Part shown: positions 25,831 through 39,033 of the stretch, piece after piece | Position numbering within the stretch: position 1 is the first letter of the stretch | How the letters are laid out: every line of letters starts with the position of its first letter | DNA from: Octopus bimaculoides | Taxonomy: Eukaryota | Reading direction: 5' to 3' | Assembly (NCBI RefSeq): GCF_001194135.2 | Contig: NC_068984.1 | Span: 57,884,552-57,948,551, forward strand | Length of the DNA: 64,000 nt | Made by a program: the position numbers and the translations under genes | The notes under the pieces: generated by a model | Database searches by the model: none | Told to the model about the DNA's origin: nothing | What the model saw: only the letters and a program-made list of their open reading frames with translations

Positions 25831-27665
25831 GAAAAACTATGCCATTTTAATCCCGAGCAATGCCGGGTATCTTTGCTAGTTTGAAATAAATTTGGAAAGC
25901 TTTTTGTAAACCCCATGAACTAATAAGTGCTTGTCAGTCGTCAGTATACTATTCTAGGCTTAAATGTGATTCACAAATAGCAACAATATCAATTCATTTT
26001 CTATCCAGTAAATACAATTATTTAATTCGTTAAATGCTCAATAATCAATCTTCTTAAGTTCTGGACATAGTTTAGTAAAATAAATAAAATTAGGAGGCTC
26101 ACATTATGCATGTGTGTGTTTGTGTAAAAATGGAAATGAGAAACTCAGAATAGCAAGAGAAAGATGCTTTAGGTTCCAATAAATTAATAAAACTCTAGTA
26201 CATATATGCAGTACATTTTTCCATTTTTTAAAAAATCAGACACATTAACTTTAGCAAAATGTATCAGTTAAAGCCGCACATATATTCATACATCTCTTGG
26301 TTGTGTTTAAACAATCTTCTCATCTTGTCTGCTGCTATGTCTTTTAAAGAGCACAACATAGTGCTACTGGATGTATTGTAAACTTGTGATTCTTCAGACT
26401 CAGAATCTATGTACATGTTCGTTTCACCTCATTAATTTTGTAATTTAGAATATGAATTGTATGAGGAGGATTACATAACAAATGGATATATGTTTCCCTT
26501 GAGGAAAATGTTACTCTACATGATTTTAAACTTCAGTCTGAAGAAAATATTCACTTCAAAAGGGTTTAATGTTTGGTTATCAAGTCAATATTCCTCTTCA
26601 GATGTCAATATTGCATTGCAATTTTGTGTTTTTCTTTTAATCATAAAAGTAGATCACATTGTAGGAAAGGTCAACGAGTGATCTTTATAAAATAGAATAA
26701 TTTCCTGTTAATATTTGAATATAATTTTTAACCATATTTCTTGATATATCTAATTTTTTTTAGCTTTGTGTTCAACTATCAATAAGTAGCCATTAAAATA
26801 TGGATTAACAATTATGAATTTCTAGTTTAAAAGGAATTGAACTAAAATAAACTTGGCTGCTCAAAAGTTGATGTGGTGCATTGCTACTGTATAGAGATTT
26901 TTTTCGTCATAATGCAACAAATATATATAATTTTCTTTTTCATATGAAAATTACTTTTGAGGTATGCTTATTGGCATTAAATATCTTTAATATAGCTGCT
27001 GTAAATTCTAGTTTAATTTTGATTTGTGCAACATTTTCTAATTTTATAAAATCCTGTTTATAAAAAAGATTTTTTGCAATTTTATCAAATTAAAATCTGT
27101 TAATATATTCTTGAACAAAGTTTCACGTGTTTTGCTTAAAACTTTCAGATCTTTCAAAAACCTAATATTCAATTTTTGTAGTGGGTTTGGATAGACCTTT
27201 CTCTTTTTTATGCATCAAATAATTATTTGATTTATCAACAGTTTAAATTTATTTGTAAAAGACATTGTGATTTCAGCTTAATTTTCCTAAGGTGTTTTCC
27301 AAAATAATTTTTCTTGTATTTGTATAACTTCTACATTGTTTTGAAAAAAAAAAAAAAAATTTAATTAATTTTGAGAAGCTTCTATTTTTTAAATAATTTT
27401 AATATGTAATTTAGAAATTAATAAAACTAATTCATAAGCTGAAATTATGCTTTCTTTAAAATATATTTCTCTTCCCTGTTTAATTAGCTCAAGCAAAATA
27501 ACAACATTCCATGAGAAAAAAAATTAAAATTATAAATTGTGAAGAATTCTCATTTACTACTACAATGTAGAGTCATTTCATTGAGAACTATTTTTGTACT
27601 TTTTAACTATAATGAAATAAAAAATATTTACACAATTTAATGCTTTTGAAATTAATCTTTAATTT

Positions 27666-29437
27666 CACTGGAGAATATTTTTGAAAAAAGTTTTAGGTGT
27701 CTTGCTTTTTACAATTAGTCTTACCTAATTTTATAACGCTGGGTTCAGAAATGCCCTCAGAAATTTTCTATCACATCAAATTTTTGTTAAACAGGAATTC
27801 ATATTTTTACCAAAAAATGTCAATTTTTCCATTAAATGCAATGCTGGAATAAGAAACCAATGCAAACCAAATAGTACTTTTTATTGTTTAACAAATATAT
27901 TACACAAAATGTTTAATTATGCATCTTAGAAAAGATATTTCTATCAAACTGGAGTTTCAGCTACTCAAGGAATGAACTTTCTCTTTGCTACTTTATGTGA
28001 ATAAATTGCATCATGACAGTCTCTTCGCAGTGACCAGCAGTAGACAGCACCATAATGGTGTTCCACCAGTCTTGATACCTAGTCTCCATGTTTTTGATGT
28101 CTTGGTAGAATCTTTTTCCTTACTCATTACTTATTGTACTATGATTTTCAAGGAAGTAGACCAGATGACTATGTAGGAAGTGCACATTTACACTTGTGTT
28201 GCAGCTCAGTGCTTGAAAACTGGTTAATATGATTTGCATAAGTTCTTAATAATTTGATGGCTTTTGGTTTCCCTGGAAATTAAGCATGACTGCAGCAAAA
28301 GCATTCCATGTTTCTTTTTCAGTGCCATACATAGTTTCCAAAAATAGCTCGTCCTGCAATAGCCACCTAATATGTGGCCCATCAAACAAACCATTCTTAA
28401 TTTTCTCACAAGACAAAACTGAAAACTTTCTGCTTAAGTATCTCAAGCAGTCACTGTCTGATTGCTTCAACACATGTTTTACACACTATATGGGGTGCCC
28501 AAGTTTTGTCTTGTCACCCATCTTCATGCTGAAGTAAGTATGGTAAGCTTTCTTCACAAAAATCTGTGATTTTGTTTCACTGCCTAGGTGTAACATCCAC
28601 AAATATAGCAGAAGATATCAGGGCTGTTTTTACATTTTCTTCTCTCACAACTGGCCTTATTTCTGAAATACAAAACATATTCAAGCTAATTGTCACCTGG
28701 GAAAAGCATTTTCAGAATTGTCAACTGTTATAAAGTAAGCAGATGCAGATTTGTGATGATAAAGTTCCAAAAAGAGCATACATACCATGAAATTCTTTTC
28801 ACAGTTCTTTGACCATGCTTGATGAAAAGTGACCCATGTGAATTCACAATTAAAATATTAAGGGCACATTCAAAATACTAATCTTTATAAGAAACAAAAG
28901 TTCAATAAAACATATCTCATTTAATTTGCAATGACAGTCACACTAAATCAAGTAGAGTGTGAGCATATCTGCAGACAAATTCCACAGATATGCGACATGT
29001 ATGATGTCAAGGGCCACAAAAATATGTTGTTTCTTAACATCTAATTGTATAAAGGACATTTCTGTCATCATTGTGATGTTTGAAACTGGTTAGACTGAAA
29101 ACAGTGAAAATTGCTCAAGTTTGATACTTTATATTTACTAAAGATATTTAAATCATGGCTTTTGTCTTCACTTTTGTAGTTGCATTTATTTTAAATGACA
29201 TTGCAAAACTATGTTCTCAAGCTTATGTCAAGCACCATACATGGGTTTGCATTTGATGAATTCAAATCTATCTTTAAAAATGGTGATAATACCAGAAATG
29301 TTGGAAAATGGACATTTGAGTTTGTGAAAAATCTTGACATGACAGAGCAAAATGGATTTCCTTTTTGAATTCAGCACCCCAGAATTAGTAGGGAGCATGT
29401 CTCCAACATTAGACAACAAGAACCCTGTTCCCCAGTG
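27666..29437 (-). mobile_element. Chapaev3-like (CMC) DNA transposon, internally deleted and degenerate
   Basis: Minus strand gives KKAYHTYFSMKMGD..DKTWAPHIVCKTCVEA fused to LRYLSRKFSVLSCEKIKNGLFDGPHIR..NFQGN, then VHFLHSHL..GKRFYQDIKNMETRYQ..YCWSL. CACTG at 27666 and CAGTG ending at 29437. Confidence 0.72.
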
Positions 29438-29568
29438 TTTTAGCACTGTATTATTTTTTTATCAACTGGTTTTAAGAAAAGTATATTATTATCAAACTGT
29501 ATGAATAATGCTTAGATCTAGTGTCAATGTTCGATGTTTCTATTAGACAGAGCTGTGATTTCCAAATA

Positions 29569-30855
29569 CTGGATATTTGGGCTTAATTTGAAAGTTTGCA
29601 GAAAAAGAAAAGAAAAAAAATCCCATTCAAAAATAAAAGTATTTAAAAAAAACAAAATGTATCAACTAGATAATGGTTGGGGGATAACAGTTTACTCAAA
29701 GTAGCCACCCTAGCTTCCACCACAGCCTTGAGATGGCTCCGGAACTTGGCACATGCATTCCTCAGAGTCCTTGGGAAGATCTGTGAACACCTCCTTGATT
29801 TTGGCCAACAGCTCAGCCTTGGTGCTGCAGGCAAAGTGGTTGGTGAATTTCTTAACCACACTTCACACAGTAATCCATGGAATTACAATTGGGAGAATTA
29901 GAAGGCCGTAAATTGGGGCTGGTGAATCATAAACATTTTCCAACAACCACCTCTAACTCTTTCTGGAGACATGGCAAGGAGACAAATCCTGCTACTACAC
30001 ATATGGCCTTCTAGCAGCAACCCTCCCCACCCAGTGTTTGACCACAGTCTCCAGCAGCTTCACATAGCCATCTGAATTGAGGCTAAGGCCCTGTTCAAAG
30101 ATGTGGGGTGACATGACATAACAATCACTGGAGAAACACCAAAAGACCATCACCATTTGAAGGAACTTGGATTTCATGATATGTAGGACATCACATGGCT
30201 TGTAGGCAAGCTACCTGCTGTTCTGAGTGTTTTGCAACTGGTCCTAGTAGAGGTTCTTTTCATCTGAGAGGAACCAGATCATCCCTTGTTCAGCAGGATA
30301 CCTCAGCTTGTTCAGGAACTTCTTTGATTTCATCAAGCAGCTCTTGGCCTTGGCTGTCAGAATTTGTCCGTTGCATCTCTTGTATAAGTGGTAGCAAAAG
30401 CCCTCATTCGGGGTCAGCTTTGTGGTAGCAACTCCAACACCTATCTCTCTTGCCAAAGCCCAGATTCCTTTGCTTGGATCTTCCATTGCCTTGTTGGATG
30501 AATTCCGGTGTGCAGATGCAGTTAGAATGTCTGTTGTATCCCTTCCTGCTGGCTACAACTTTGTAGTCTCCATTGCAGTTGTCCATGTCACATCTTATAG
30601 CCTTTAGAGTGTTCACAGAGCATTGAGCAGCTGCCATGATGTTGACATTTTGATGCCCAGCAAGAATCATCATAATACAGGCAACTGTTTTCAATATTCA
30701 GATGGCTTCCAGTCCTTCATGTCAGTTAACTTTTCCTCAATTACAGTTTTAATCTTTATGCTTTCCAATGCCACTGACAGTTCACCAATACATGAAGCTG
30801 TTCCCGAAAAAAAAAAGATATAAAATAAATCCTCAAATTTAGCCTGAACACTCTG
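29569..30855 (-). mobile_element. Full-length (1287 bp) degenerate IS630-Tc1-mariner element, maT/DD37D-like
   Basis: WFLSDEKN, VMVFWCFSSD..VMSPHIFEQGL, RPYV..QQD and SPNCNSMDYCV motifs. Degenerate TIRs of about 25 bp, each flanked by TA (29567-68 and 30856-57). Confidence 0.8.
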
Positions 30856-32294
30856 TATGTTCAATGTGTTGGTCTCTTGGTATTTTTTGACATCACTTTC
30901 TTACACTATAGAATTATCAAAACATTGATTATTGAAAATAGTAACTCAGGAATACCTTCAATGTTCTCTTAAGGATTCAGAAGTGGTATCTATCACTTAG
31001 GAACCATTCAACTATTGTGGATATTTTAAATTACTGCTGAAAAGCCAATGTTCATTAAAACAAATTAGACAGCAAGAGCATATGTACTGTTGCTTGATGT
31101 GTTACAAATAGCAGCCAAGTCTTCAAGTTACAGAATATCTTTAAAAAAATTGAGGCAAAATGCTGAAAGTAGTCCTAGATATACAAAATCAATGTGCATG
31201 GTTAGAATAGTCTTGATCTAGGTATATTTGCTCAGGACTGACCAGGGGCTATGCTTCAAAGTAGAGGTGACATTTACCCTCAGAAATCTTTTATTATCTG
31301 TTGTAAATATTATTAAGTGTGACAGGCAACCATATTGTTTTGATATTTTAGTTTATATTGAGAACATTATGTCTTTGAATTTTTAGATTTGATTAGCCAT
31401 CATTGCAATCATAAATTAATAAATGTGAGTCAAGTTTACTATAACCACCACAGAACCCAGTCTTTGTTGCAGTGTGGTAGCTTGTATGCTCATGGAGTAA
31501 CAGCTCCTAGTAGGGCTTCCCATTTTGGACAGGTCAAAGTATAGAGGCCAAATTAATACATAGACCACTTCTTTCATGAAATAAAAATGGGTTTGTGTTG
31601 GTCCAATATCTCTACCTAAAAAAAAGGTAAAAGCATTGATGACAAGTTAAACCCAACAAGACCTGGGAGAAGTACCTTTGACTTGCCATGTTCGAATTTG
31701 TAAATATAAAAAATATCTATATTTATAAATCTGAACCTGGCCAGAACTAATGCGAGAGATAACAAAAGTTGTTCCCCCTGATCTGTATATTTATTTGTTT
31801 ATTCCAAAATCTCGCAGTCTTGTAGTTTCCTTGTATTCTCATCCAAAATGGAGATGAGTACCAATGTTCCATGCAGCGGGCTTGATAATCACTAAGAATT
31901 CTCAGCATGAAACCAATGGTAGCCTTGATAACCCACAAAGTATATATATATTTCATTACATTACAGCTTATCTTCAGATCAAACCAAAGAAACTAAGTTT
32001 TCATTGAATTTTTAGTTGTTGATAGTCTCTGTTGGTAACAACTTCTGTCAGAAGTGTTAAGTTCTACTCCATCACACCTACCACCCTGTGACAGACTATT
32101 TTGAGTATAAATGTTTGCTAAGAGAGATCCTCGGTGATGGTGTGAGCTTGCATTTGAGGGATCTACATGCATGTTTAGCATGGGTGGGGCACAATAATGT
32201 TTCTTTGTCCTGTTGTTCATGAAGAAAAGATTGGCATATTCCTACTGGAGTCTGTATTCATGGTTTCAGTGGAAATTTTGCATGAGGTATTTAA

Positions 32295-32515
32295 CCCTTT
32301 CGTTAGTATACTTCTGTTGAGATGCTCTGTGTTTCTTTCAATTAATTTAAATATAACAAAGAATCTAGTAAAATAACTTAGTTATCATTAAGCTAGTGTT
32401 AGGAACATAAATTGTGACTAAGGTTTGGTGGAATATTTAAATTAAGAACTTTTGAAAACAAGACATTCGTACTATAGAGCCTGAGGCAGTTTCAGCTGGG
32501 TTGGTATCAAAAGGG
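32295..32515. mobile_element. piggyBac-type MITE (221 bp)
   Basis: TTAA|CCCTTT...AAAGGG|TTAA with an intact TTAA duplication at 32291-94 and 32516-19. Confidence 0.8.
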
Positions 32516-32519
32516 TTAA

Positions 32520-33320
32520 GTTGCAGCATGTGGATGATACTTGGACACAGTGTGTAAAGGAGGACTATAAAGTGATATCATCTGTAGAAGATTGGGTGGT
32601 GTTAGATGTGATGGTATATAAGTTGTTGATGTATAAGAGGAAAAGTGTTGGGGTACATCATTGCTGATAGAGTGTGGGTCACAGAGAGCTCCATCAGTAC
32701 ATGCTATGATGGTGTGATCTGATAGAAAACTACCAAGAGATGAGAGATTGATGGAGGTTATAGGCAGATTCTGAATGCTAGATATAGTCAAATGCTTTGG
32801 TGTTATCAAATGAAACAATACTGCCTCCACCAAAATTTCTCATGGGTGAGAACATACTGTTGAATGATGTACAAAAATAGGTCACCAGTAGAGATCTAGC
32901 ATTGAGAGCTGTCCCGGTAGTTATTGAGGAAGGATCAAGTTTTGAGGTATTGGAAATGTTAATAGGTTTTAAACACCCTGTGAGATGTTGAATGTGAGGT
33001 TTTAGAAATCATGATATATTGCTGTAGACAGAGAAAGAGTGAAGAGATTGGGAAGATAGAGGTAGCTCTAGTGCTCATTGGTAGAGAACAACTGAAGGAA
33101 AATTGGCAAAGCTTGTTGAAGCAACTGTAATTTTGTACTGTTGTCATGTTTTTATACATGGTGGTGAAACTGGGGTGTGCTGTATGGAAGTGGGATGCAA
33201 AATCAAAAACAAATATGGAAACTTCCTCTATGGTAGTACTGCTTACAGAGGCATAATTCTTGAGAAATGGAGAGAAGGAAGACTCAACAAATTTAGTAAT
33301 GGTCTTTTGGGACATTGAAG
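32520..33320 (-). mobile_element. Possible very old LINE endonuclease remnant
   Basis: Pro/Ser/His-rich degenerate frames with an LSDH motif. No clean alignment could be made by eye. Confidence 0.3.
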
Positions 33321-33806
33321 AAGAATTATATTGATTAATCTATAAATTCAGAAAAATATTTGGTAATAATTTTAGAGTGTTTAGTATTATTTTTTGATAA
33401 AAAGATAAGTGTAGATGCTGGTGTACCACCAGTTCATAACTCTTCTCTAAGAGCGTGGTTCAAATGGCTAAGATAAGCAATGATTTTAGTACAATAATTA
33501 CAACCACAGTCCTATTTATGAAAGTAATCACAAAACACTTTTGGTTACATAGTTATGTAGCAAAAATATGCGTAAGTCAAGCCAATTGATGAGCCTTTAC
33601 ATGGCCACTCAACTATTAGAAATAGCAGCCAGATCTCCCTCAAACCTCAATATCTTAAAATGTGTTACAAAGAACTTCACAATACCCATGATTATTTTAG
33701 AAAAATGCAAAGGTTTTCTTTTCCTTTTACAGTTTTCATAGTGGAATTGAAATCTCAGCTCAACCTGCTAGAAATAGCAGTCAGATCTCTCCCTAATCTT
33801 AGCATA

Positions 33807-34677
33807 CATCATCATTGTTTAGCGTCCATTTTCCATGCTGGCATGGGTTGGACGGTTTGACTGGAGACTGGCAAGCCAGGAGGCCACACCAGGCTCCAGT
33901 CTGATCTGGCACTGTTTCTACAGCTGGATGCACCTTCCTAATGCCAACCACTCCAAGAGTGTAGTGGGTGCTTTTTACGTGCCACTGGCATGGGAGCCAG
34001 TCAGGCAGCACTGGCATCAGTCACATTCGGATGGTGCTTTTTATGTGCCACCGGCACAGGAGCCAGTTGGAGGAGGGGAGGGGCTGGCATCGACCATGTT
34101 GAGATGGTGCTTTTTACATGCCACCAGTACAGGAGCCAGTTGGGGCAGAGGGACTGGCATCGACCACGTTTGGATGGTGCTTTTAATGTGCCACTGGCAC
34201 AGGAAGCTAGTTAGGCAGCTCTGGCAGCTGCCCATGCATGAATGAATGGTGCTTATCGCATGCCACCAGCACTGGTAATGGTCACAAGTACAATTTCCAT
34301 TTGATTGTGATTTGATTTGGTTAACTTGACTCAACATGACCATACCAGTACAGTTGTCTCTCTTTCACACCACATCTGATGCTTCTTATGTCCAACATTT
34401 CTCTCAGGGCGCTTACACTCTGTCATGTGTGTAGACTGACATCAAACATCCAGCGGATCATACTAGCTTCATTTCTTTCAAGCCTACGCAAGTCTTCGGC
34501 AGTCATGGCCCATGTTTCACTGCCATGAAGCATGGCAGTTCGCACACATGCATTGTACAATTTACCTTTCACTCTGAGCGAGAGGCCCTTTGACACCAGT
34601 AGAGGTAGGAGCTTTCTGAACTTTGCCCAAGGTATTCTCATTCTAGTGGCAACACTCTCTGAGCACCCCCCCCCCCN
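33807..34677 (-). mobile_element. RTE LINE 3' part (ORF2 C-terminus plus 3' UTR), cut by an N gap
   Basis: SESVATRMRIPWAKFRKLLPLLVSKGLSLRVKGKLYNACVRTAMLHGSETW, nearly the same as 56061-56390, followed by the common RTE tail. Confidence 0.9.
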
Positions 34678-35225
34678 NNNNNNNNNNNNNNNNNNNNNNN
34701 NNNNNNNNNNNNNNNNNNNNNNNNNNNNNNNNNNNNNNNNNNNNNNNNNNNNNNNNNNNNNNNNNNNNNNNNNNNNNNNNNNNNNNNNNNNNNNNNNNNN
34801 NNNNNNNNNNNNNNNNNNNNNNNNNNNNNNNNNNNNNNNNNNNNNNNNNNNNNNNNNNNNNNNNNNNNNNNNNNNNNNNNNNNNNNNNNNNNNNNNNNNN
34901 NNNNNNNNNNNNNNNNNNNNNNNNNNNNNNNNNNNNNNNNNNNNNNNATTCACATATTATTTATCAACATTTCTCAATAATATTTATAAAAGGTATACAT
35001 AACAATCATTATATCAATTCCATTAATGATAAAAATAAATGTAGAAAAATATTTAGTTGCAATTTAAGGCAAACACATACATACCCATGCACCCATAAAT
35101 GTGATTTTGTGAGTCAAAACTTTATTTTCAGGCAATTCAATTAGCATTTATAAAAAGACAGAAAACTTGTGTGATTTTAAATGAGTTCTTTTTTTTAAAT
35201 ATTTCATAAATTTTAGCTTTATATA

Positions 35226-35270
<45 letters not shown>

Positions 35271-35441
35271 TATATATGTACATATATATACACATATGTA
35301 TGCATATATATATATATACACACATACGTAATAATAATATAGATTTAATCAAAAGATTAAATGTGGTACTTAAAATCTTTGAGGCATCAGAATTTGGTAG
35401 GGTAAAAACCTAAAACAAAATCAAGAGATTTGGTGAATAAA

Positions 35442-35753
35442 ATTTGAAGAAAAGCAACAAAAATGCATTAGGTTATAGCAGTACGTACGTACGTTTCATA
35501 CAAACTTCATTTATTTATGTAGTGAGAACATCACATAAGATGTGCAATGAAAATATACTCCTCAGCTACACAATGGAAGTTCATTTCAGAAAGTCATTTT
35601 GTAGACTTTCTGAAATGAACTTCCATTGTGTAGCTGAGGAGTATATTTTCATTGCACATCTTATGTGGTGTTCTCACTACATAAATAAATGAAGTTTGTA
35701 CGAAACATACGTACTGCTATAGCCTAATGCATTTTTGTTGCTTTTCTTCAAAT
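35442..35753. repeat. 312-bp near-perfect palindrome
   Basis: Arms 35442-35595 and 35604-35753 with an 8-nt loop. Four transitions and one 4-bp indel; the inner 64 bp are perfect. Confidence 0.93.
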
Positions 35754-35936
35754 ACACACATACATATATGTATATACATACATATACATACACACACACA
35801 CACACACNNNNNNNNNNNNNNNNNNNNNNNNNNNNNNNNNNNNNNNNNNNNNNNNNNNNNNNNNNNNNNNNNNNNNNNNNNNNNNNNNNNNNNNNNNNNN
35901 NNNNNNNATTTAATCGATGATTGAAAACATTAAATG

Positions 35937-36365
35937 AATTTGAAAGAAACCGCTCTCCTCAGAGCGTCTCACCATATAGATTTCCAACATAAAGAATAAA
36001 CCATTTTTAGCAGTTATAGTAAATATATATATCAGTACTAGAATGCAAAATATCTATAGTGTTTCATTATGTGATATTACTGGCAGAATACTTGTAAACA
36101 ATATGCTGCATAAAATCTTGTAAATAAAAATTATACCTTGATTACAACTATTTTCCTTTGCTACTCTCTAAATTATTGTAGGCTTAAATAGGTATGCAGT
36201 ATTCTCTGAATTCATTCTGCCACAAATATAACATAAGGATAACAATGTAATTATGTAGGTTTCTAGTACTGATATAAATCTACTATATATGCTAAAAATG
36301 GTTTATCCTTTATGTTGGAAATCTATATGATCATCTGCTCTGAGGAGAGTGGTTTCTTTGAAATT
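35937..36365. mobile_element. MITE-like element with ~105-bp imperfect TIRs
   Basis: 35937-36043 is an inverted copy of 36261-36365 (gaaagaaacc.ctctcctcagagc...ccaacataaag.ataaaccatttttagca...tcagtactagaa). Confidence 0.75.
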
Positions 36366-36414
36366 TATGCAATATTTTCATTGATCAATTAAATGGAGCC
36401 ATTTGAAATGGCCA

Positions 36415-37290
36415 TAATGGATCGGACGCATGTACGTTCGAATTCCGCTCAAACAGACGTACGTGCAGATGGCGGCCGAACGGACGCACGTACGTTCGAA
36501 TTCTGCTCGAACGGACGTATATGAAGAAAGAGGCCGAACAGACGCACGTCCGTTCGAATTTGGCTCGAACGGGCGTATATGAAGAAAGAGGCCGAACGGA
36601 CGCACGTCCGTTCGAATTTCGCTGCAACGGACGTACGTTTGAATTCCTCTAAAACGGACGTACGTGCAGAGGGAGGCCAAACGGATGCCCTTACGTTCGA
36701 ATTCCGCTCGAACGGACGTACTTGCAGAGCGAGGCCGAACGGACGCACGTACGTTCGAATTCGGCTTGAACGGAGGCACGTGCAGAGGAATGCCGAACGG
36801 ATGCACGTACGTTCCAATTTTGCTGCAACGGACGTACGTTCGAATTCCGCTCAAACGGACGTACGTGCAGAGGGAGGCCGAACGGATGCCCTTACGTTCG
36901 AATTCCGCTCGAACGGACGTACTTGCAGAGGGAGGCCAAACGGACACACGTACGTTCGAATTCTGATCGAACGGACATACGTGCAAAGAAAGGCCGAACG
37001 GACGCACGTACGTTCGAATTCCGCTCGTACGGACGTCCGTGCAGATGGAGGCCGAAAAGACGGACGTACATTCGAATTCTGCTCGAATGGACGTACGTGC
37101 AGAGGGAGGCCGAACGGACGCCCTTACGTTCGAATTCCGCTCGAACGGACGTACGTGCAGAGGGAGGCCGAACGGACGCACGTACGTTCAAATTCCGCTC
37201 AAACGGACGTACGTGCAGAGGGAGGCCGAACGGACGCACGTACTTTCGAATTCGGCTCAAACGGACGTACGTGCAGAGGGAGGCCGAACT
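36415..37290. repeat. CpG-rich tandem array, 58-bp unit, about 14 units
   Basis: Consensus cggacgcacgtacgttcgaattccgctcgaacggacgtacgtgcagagggaggccgaa. The overlapping ORFs in the track are artefacts of the repeat. Confidence 0.95.
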
Positions 37291-37330
37291 GGCTTGGTGC
37301 CTCAGTTTAAGTACCTAATTCAGCTGAATC

Positions 37331-37380
<50 letters not shown>

Positions 37381-38252
37381 TACATATAACAATGTAAACT
37401 CTGGCTGAATCTACTACTTTATCTTATTCATTAGATTTAATTATTTGAACTGTATATATTATAATCTATATTTTTAAGTATTTGCATTGAAAACAAAAAT
37501 GCATTTGTGAATTAATGAAACTTTATTACAAAGTCAGACTGAAAAGTTATACTATAAAAATAGAGTAAATTTTGTTCAAACAAAACAACTTGATTCTGGA
37601 AGCTTACATCATTTCAATTAAAGTAGATAATTGGAAGAAAAAAACCCAAAGTTTTTAAATTTTTTAATAGCCAGATGGTTTGTGTTGATTTGCTATATCA
37701 TCCATTCATATAATCACTGGACCCACAAACTCCAGAAGTTCTATGAACACATTAGTTGCTATCATATTTACTGTTTGAATATCTCAAGTTGTTGGTGAAG
37801 TGAATATTAGATGATGTATAATTCAAATAATTTAGTCTAATCAACAACATTAGCTTATGTTTGTGCCCAGCACATAAAGGATACTTTTTAAAATGATATG
37901 TTTGTTATTGGAATTTTCTTTGTTCGAGAACCTTGCTTACAAACACTTTAATTCTTATATGCAGGGCTTGTTCCAAATACCTAATAAATACAAATTCTTT
38001 CTACTTTTAACCATAAAATGATTTGATACATAATGCTTTACCTCAAGAACAGAAGGAAAAATAAAACTTCAACATCAACTGATGCAATAAAATAATTTAT
38101 AAGCAATTCTAATTTGGAATGAAAAATATCAAGAATCACTAATAATTATTTTAAAGAATGTTTTGGAGATTTAAAAAAAAATCCAGTAGAATGGCAAAAT
38201 TGATTATAATTTATTAAAATTACACTGCTGTTATTTAAACTTCCAATTTCTA

Positions 38253-38348
38253 TCACAGTTTTGAAACTGGATTTTTAATCTTCAAATTCCCTAGTTTCAT
38301 TGCTAGGGCAACTTTTCCAGATACTTTCAGCTTACCACTCATGAAAGC
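38253..38348 (-). CDS. SCP2: SCP2/SCPx terminal exon, ends in PTS1 signal SKL
   Basis: AG acceptor at 38350-49. AFMSGKLKVSGKVALAMKLGNLKIKNPVSKL* (human [22 protein letters not shown]...AKL). Candidate AATAAA at 37527-37522. Confidence 0.93.
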   Translation of the reverse strand, partial: AFMSGKLKVSGKVALAMKLGNLKIKNPVSKL

Positions 38349-38965
38349 CTTGAAAAGAAAAGGGGAAATGACATATAAAAGACAGGAAATTATAGAGAGA
38401 TGGAGTTACAATGAAAAACTCTATTACTATAAATATGAAAGCAGAATTATTTCAGGATTAATGCTTAAGTAGCATTCAATGGTATAAAAGAAATTTGTGC
38501 TTGTTTGTGTATAATAACAAAGATTATGAAACCATTTTCTATGGAACTTCATAAATTGAACAATTAAGATAATTTGTTAATAAGAGAATATGGTATTTTT
38601 CATTAAACTAGTGTTTTACAAAAAAAACATTATTTATTCTTTTTCTTAGACAAATAAAGAAAAATATTTCCTTTCATTCTCAAACTGTTTGAGAATTTCT
38701 TGAAGGTGTTTTATGAAAACACTATACACAAAAAGGCAGTTATATGAGCTAATGAGGAAACCTCTACATGGTCACTTAACTGGCATTAAACCTGCTAGAA
38801 ATAACGACCAAATCTTCCTTAGATCATTCCCTTCTGTATAGGATAGTCTCAGATACACTATAGTTGATTTTGTTACGTCATTAAATTGAATGCAGCATCA
38901 ATGAAACCGGAATTGTTGATTGCATTTTTACAACTTAATATAAATGTATTTTGTCTATGTCCTCC

Positions 38966-39033
<68 letters not shown>

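Noticed and set aside
31993-32220. GSLLANIY resembling a PLE RT motif
   Set aside because: An isolated short match with no other motifs in register.
36378-37389. Eight overlapping ORFs of up to 267 aa on both strands
   Set aside because: They result from a stop-poor 58-bp tandem repeat; no splice or homology support.
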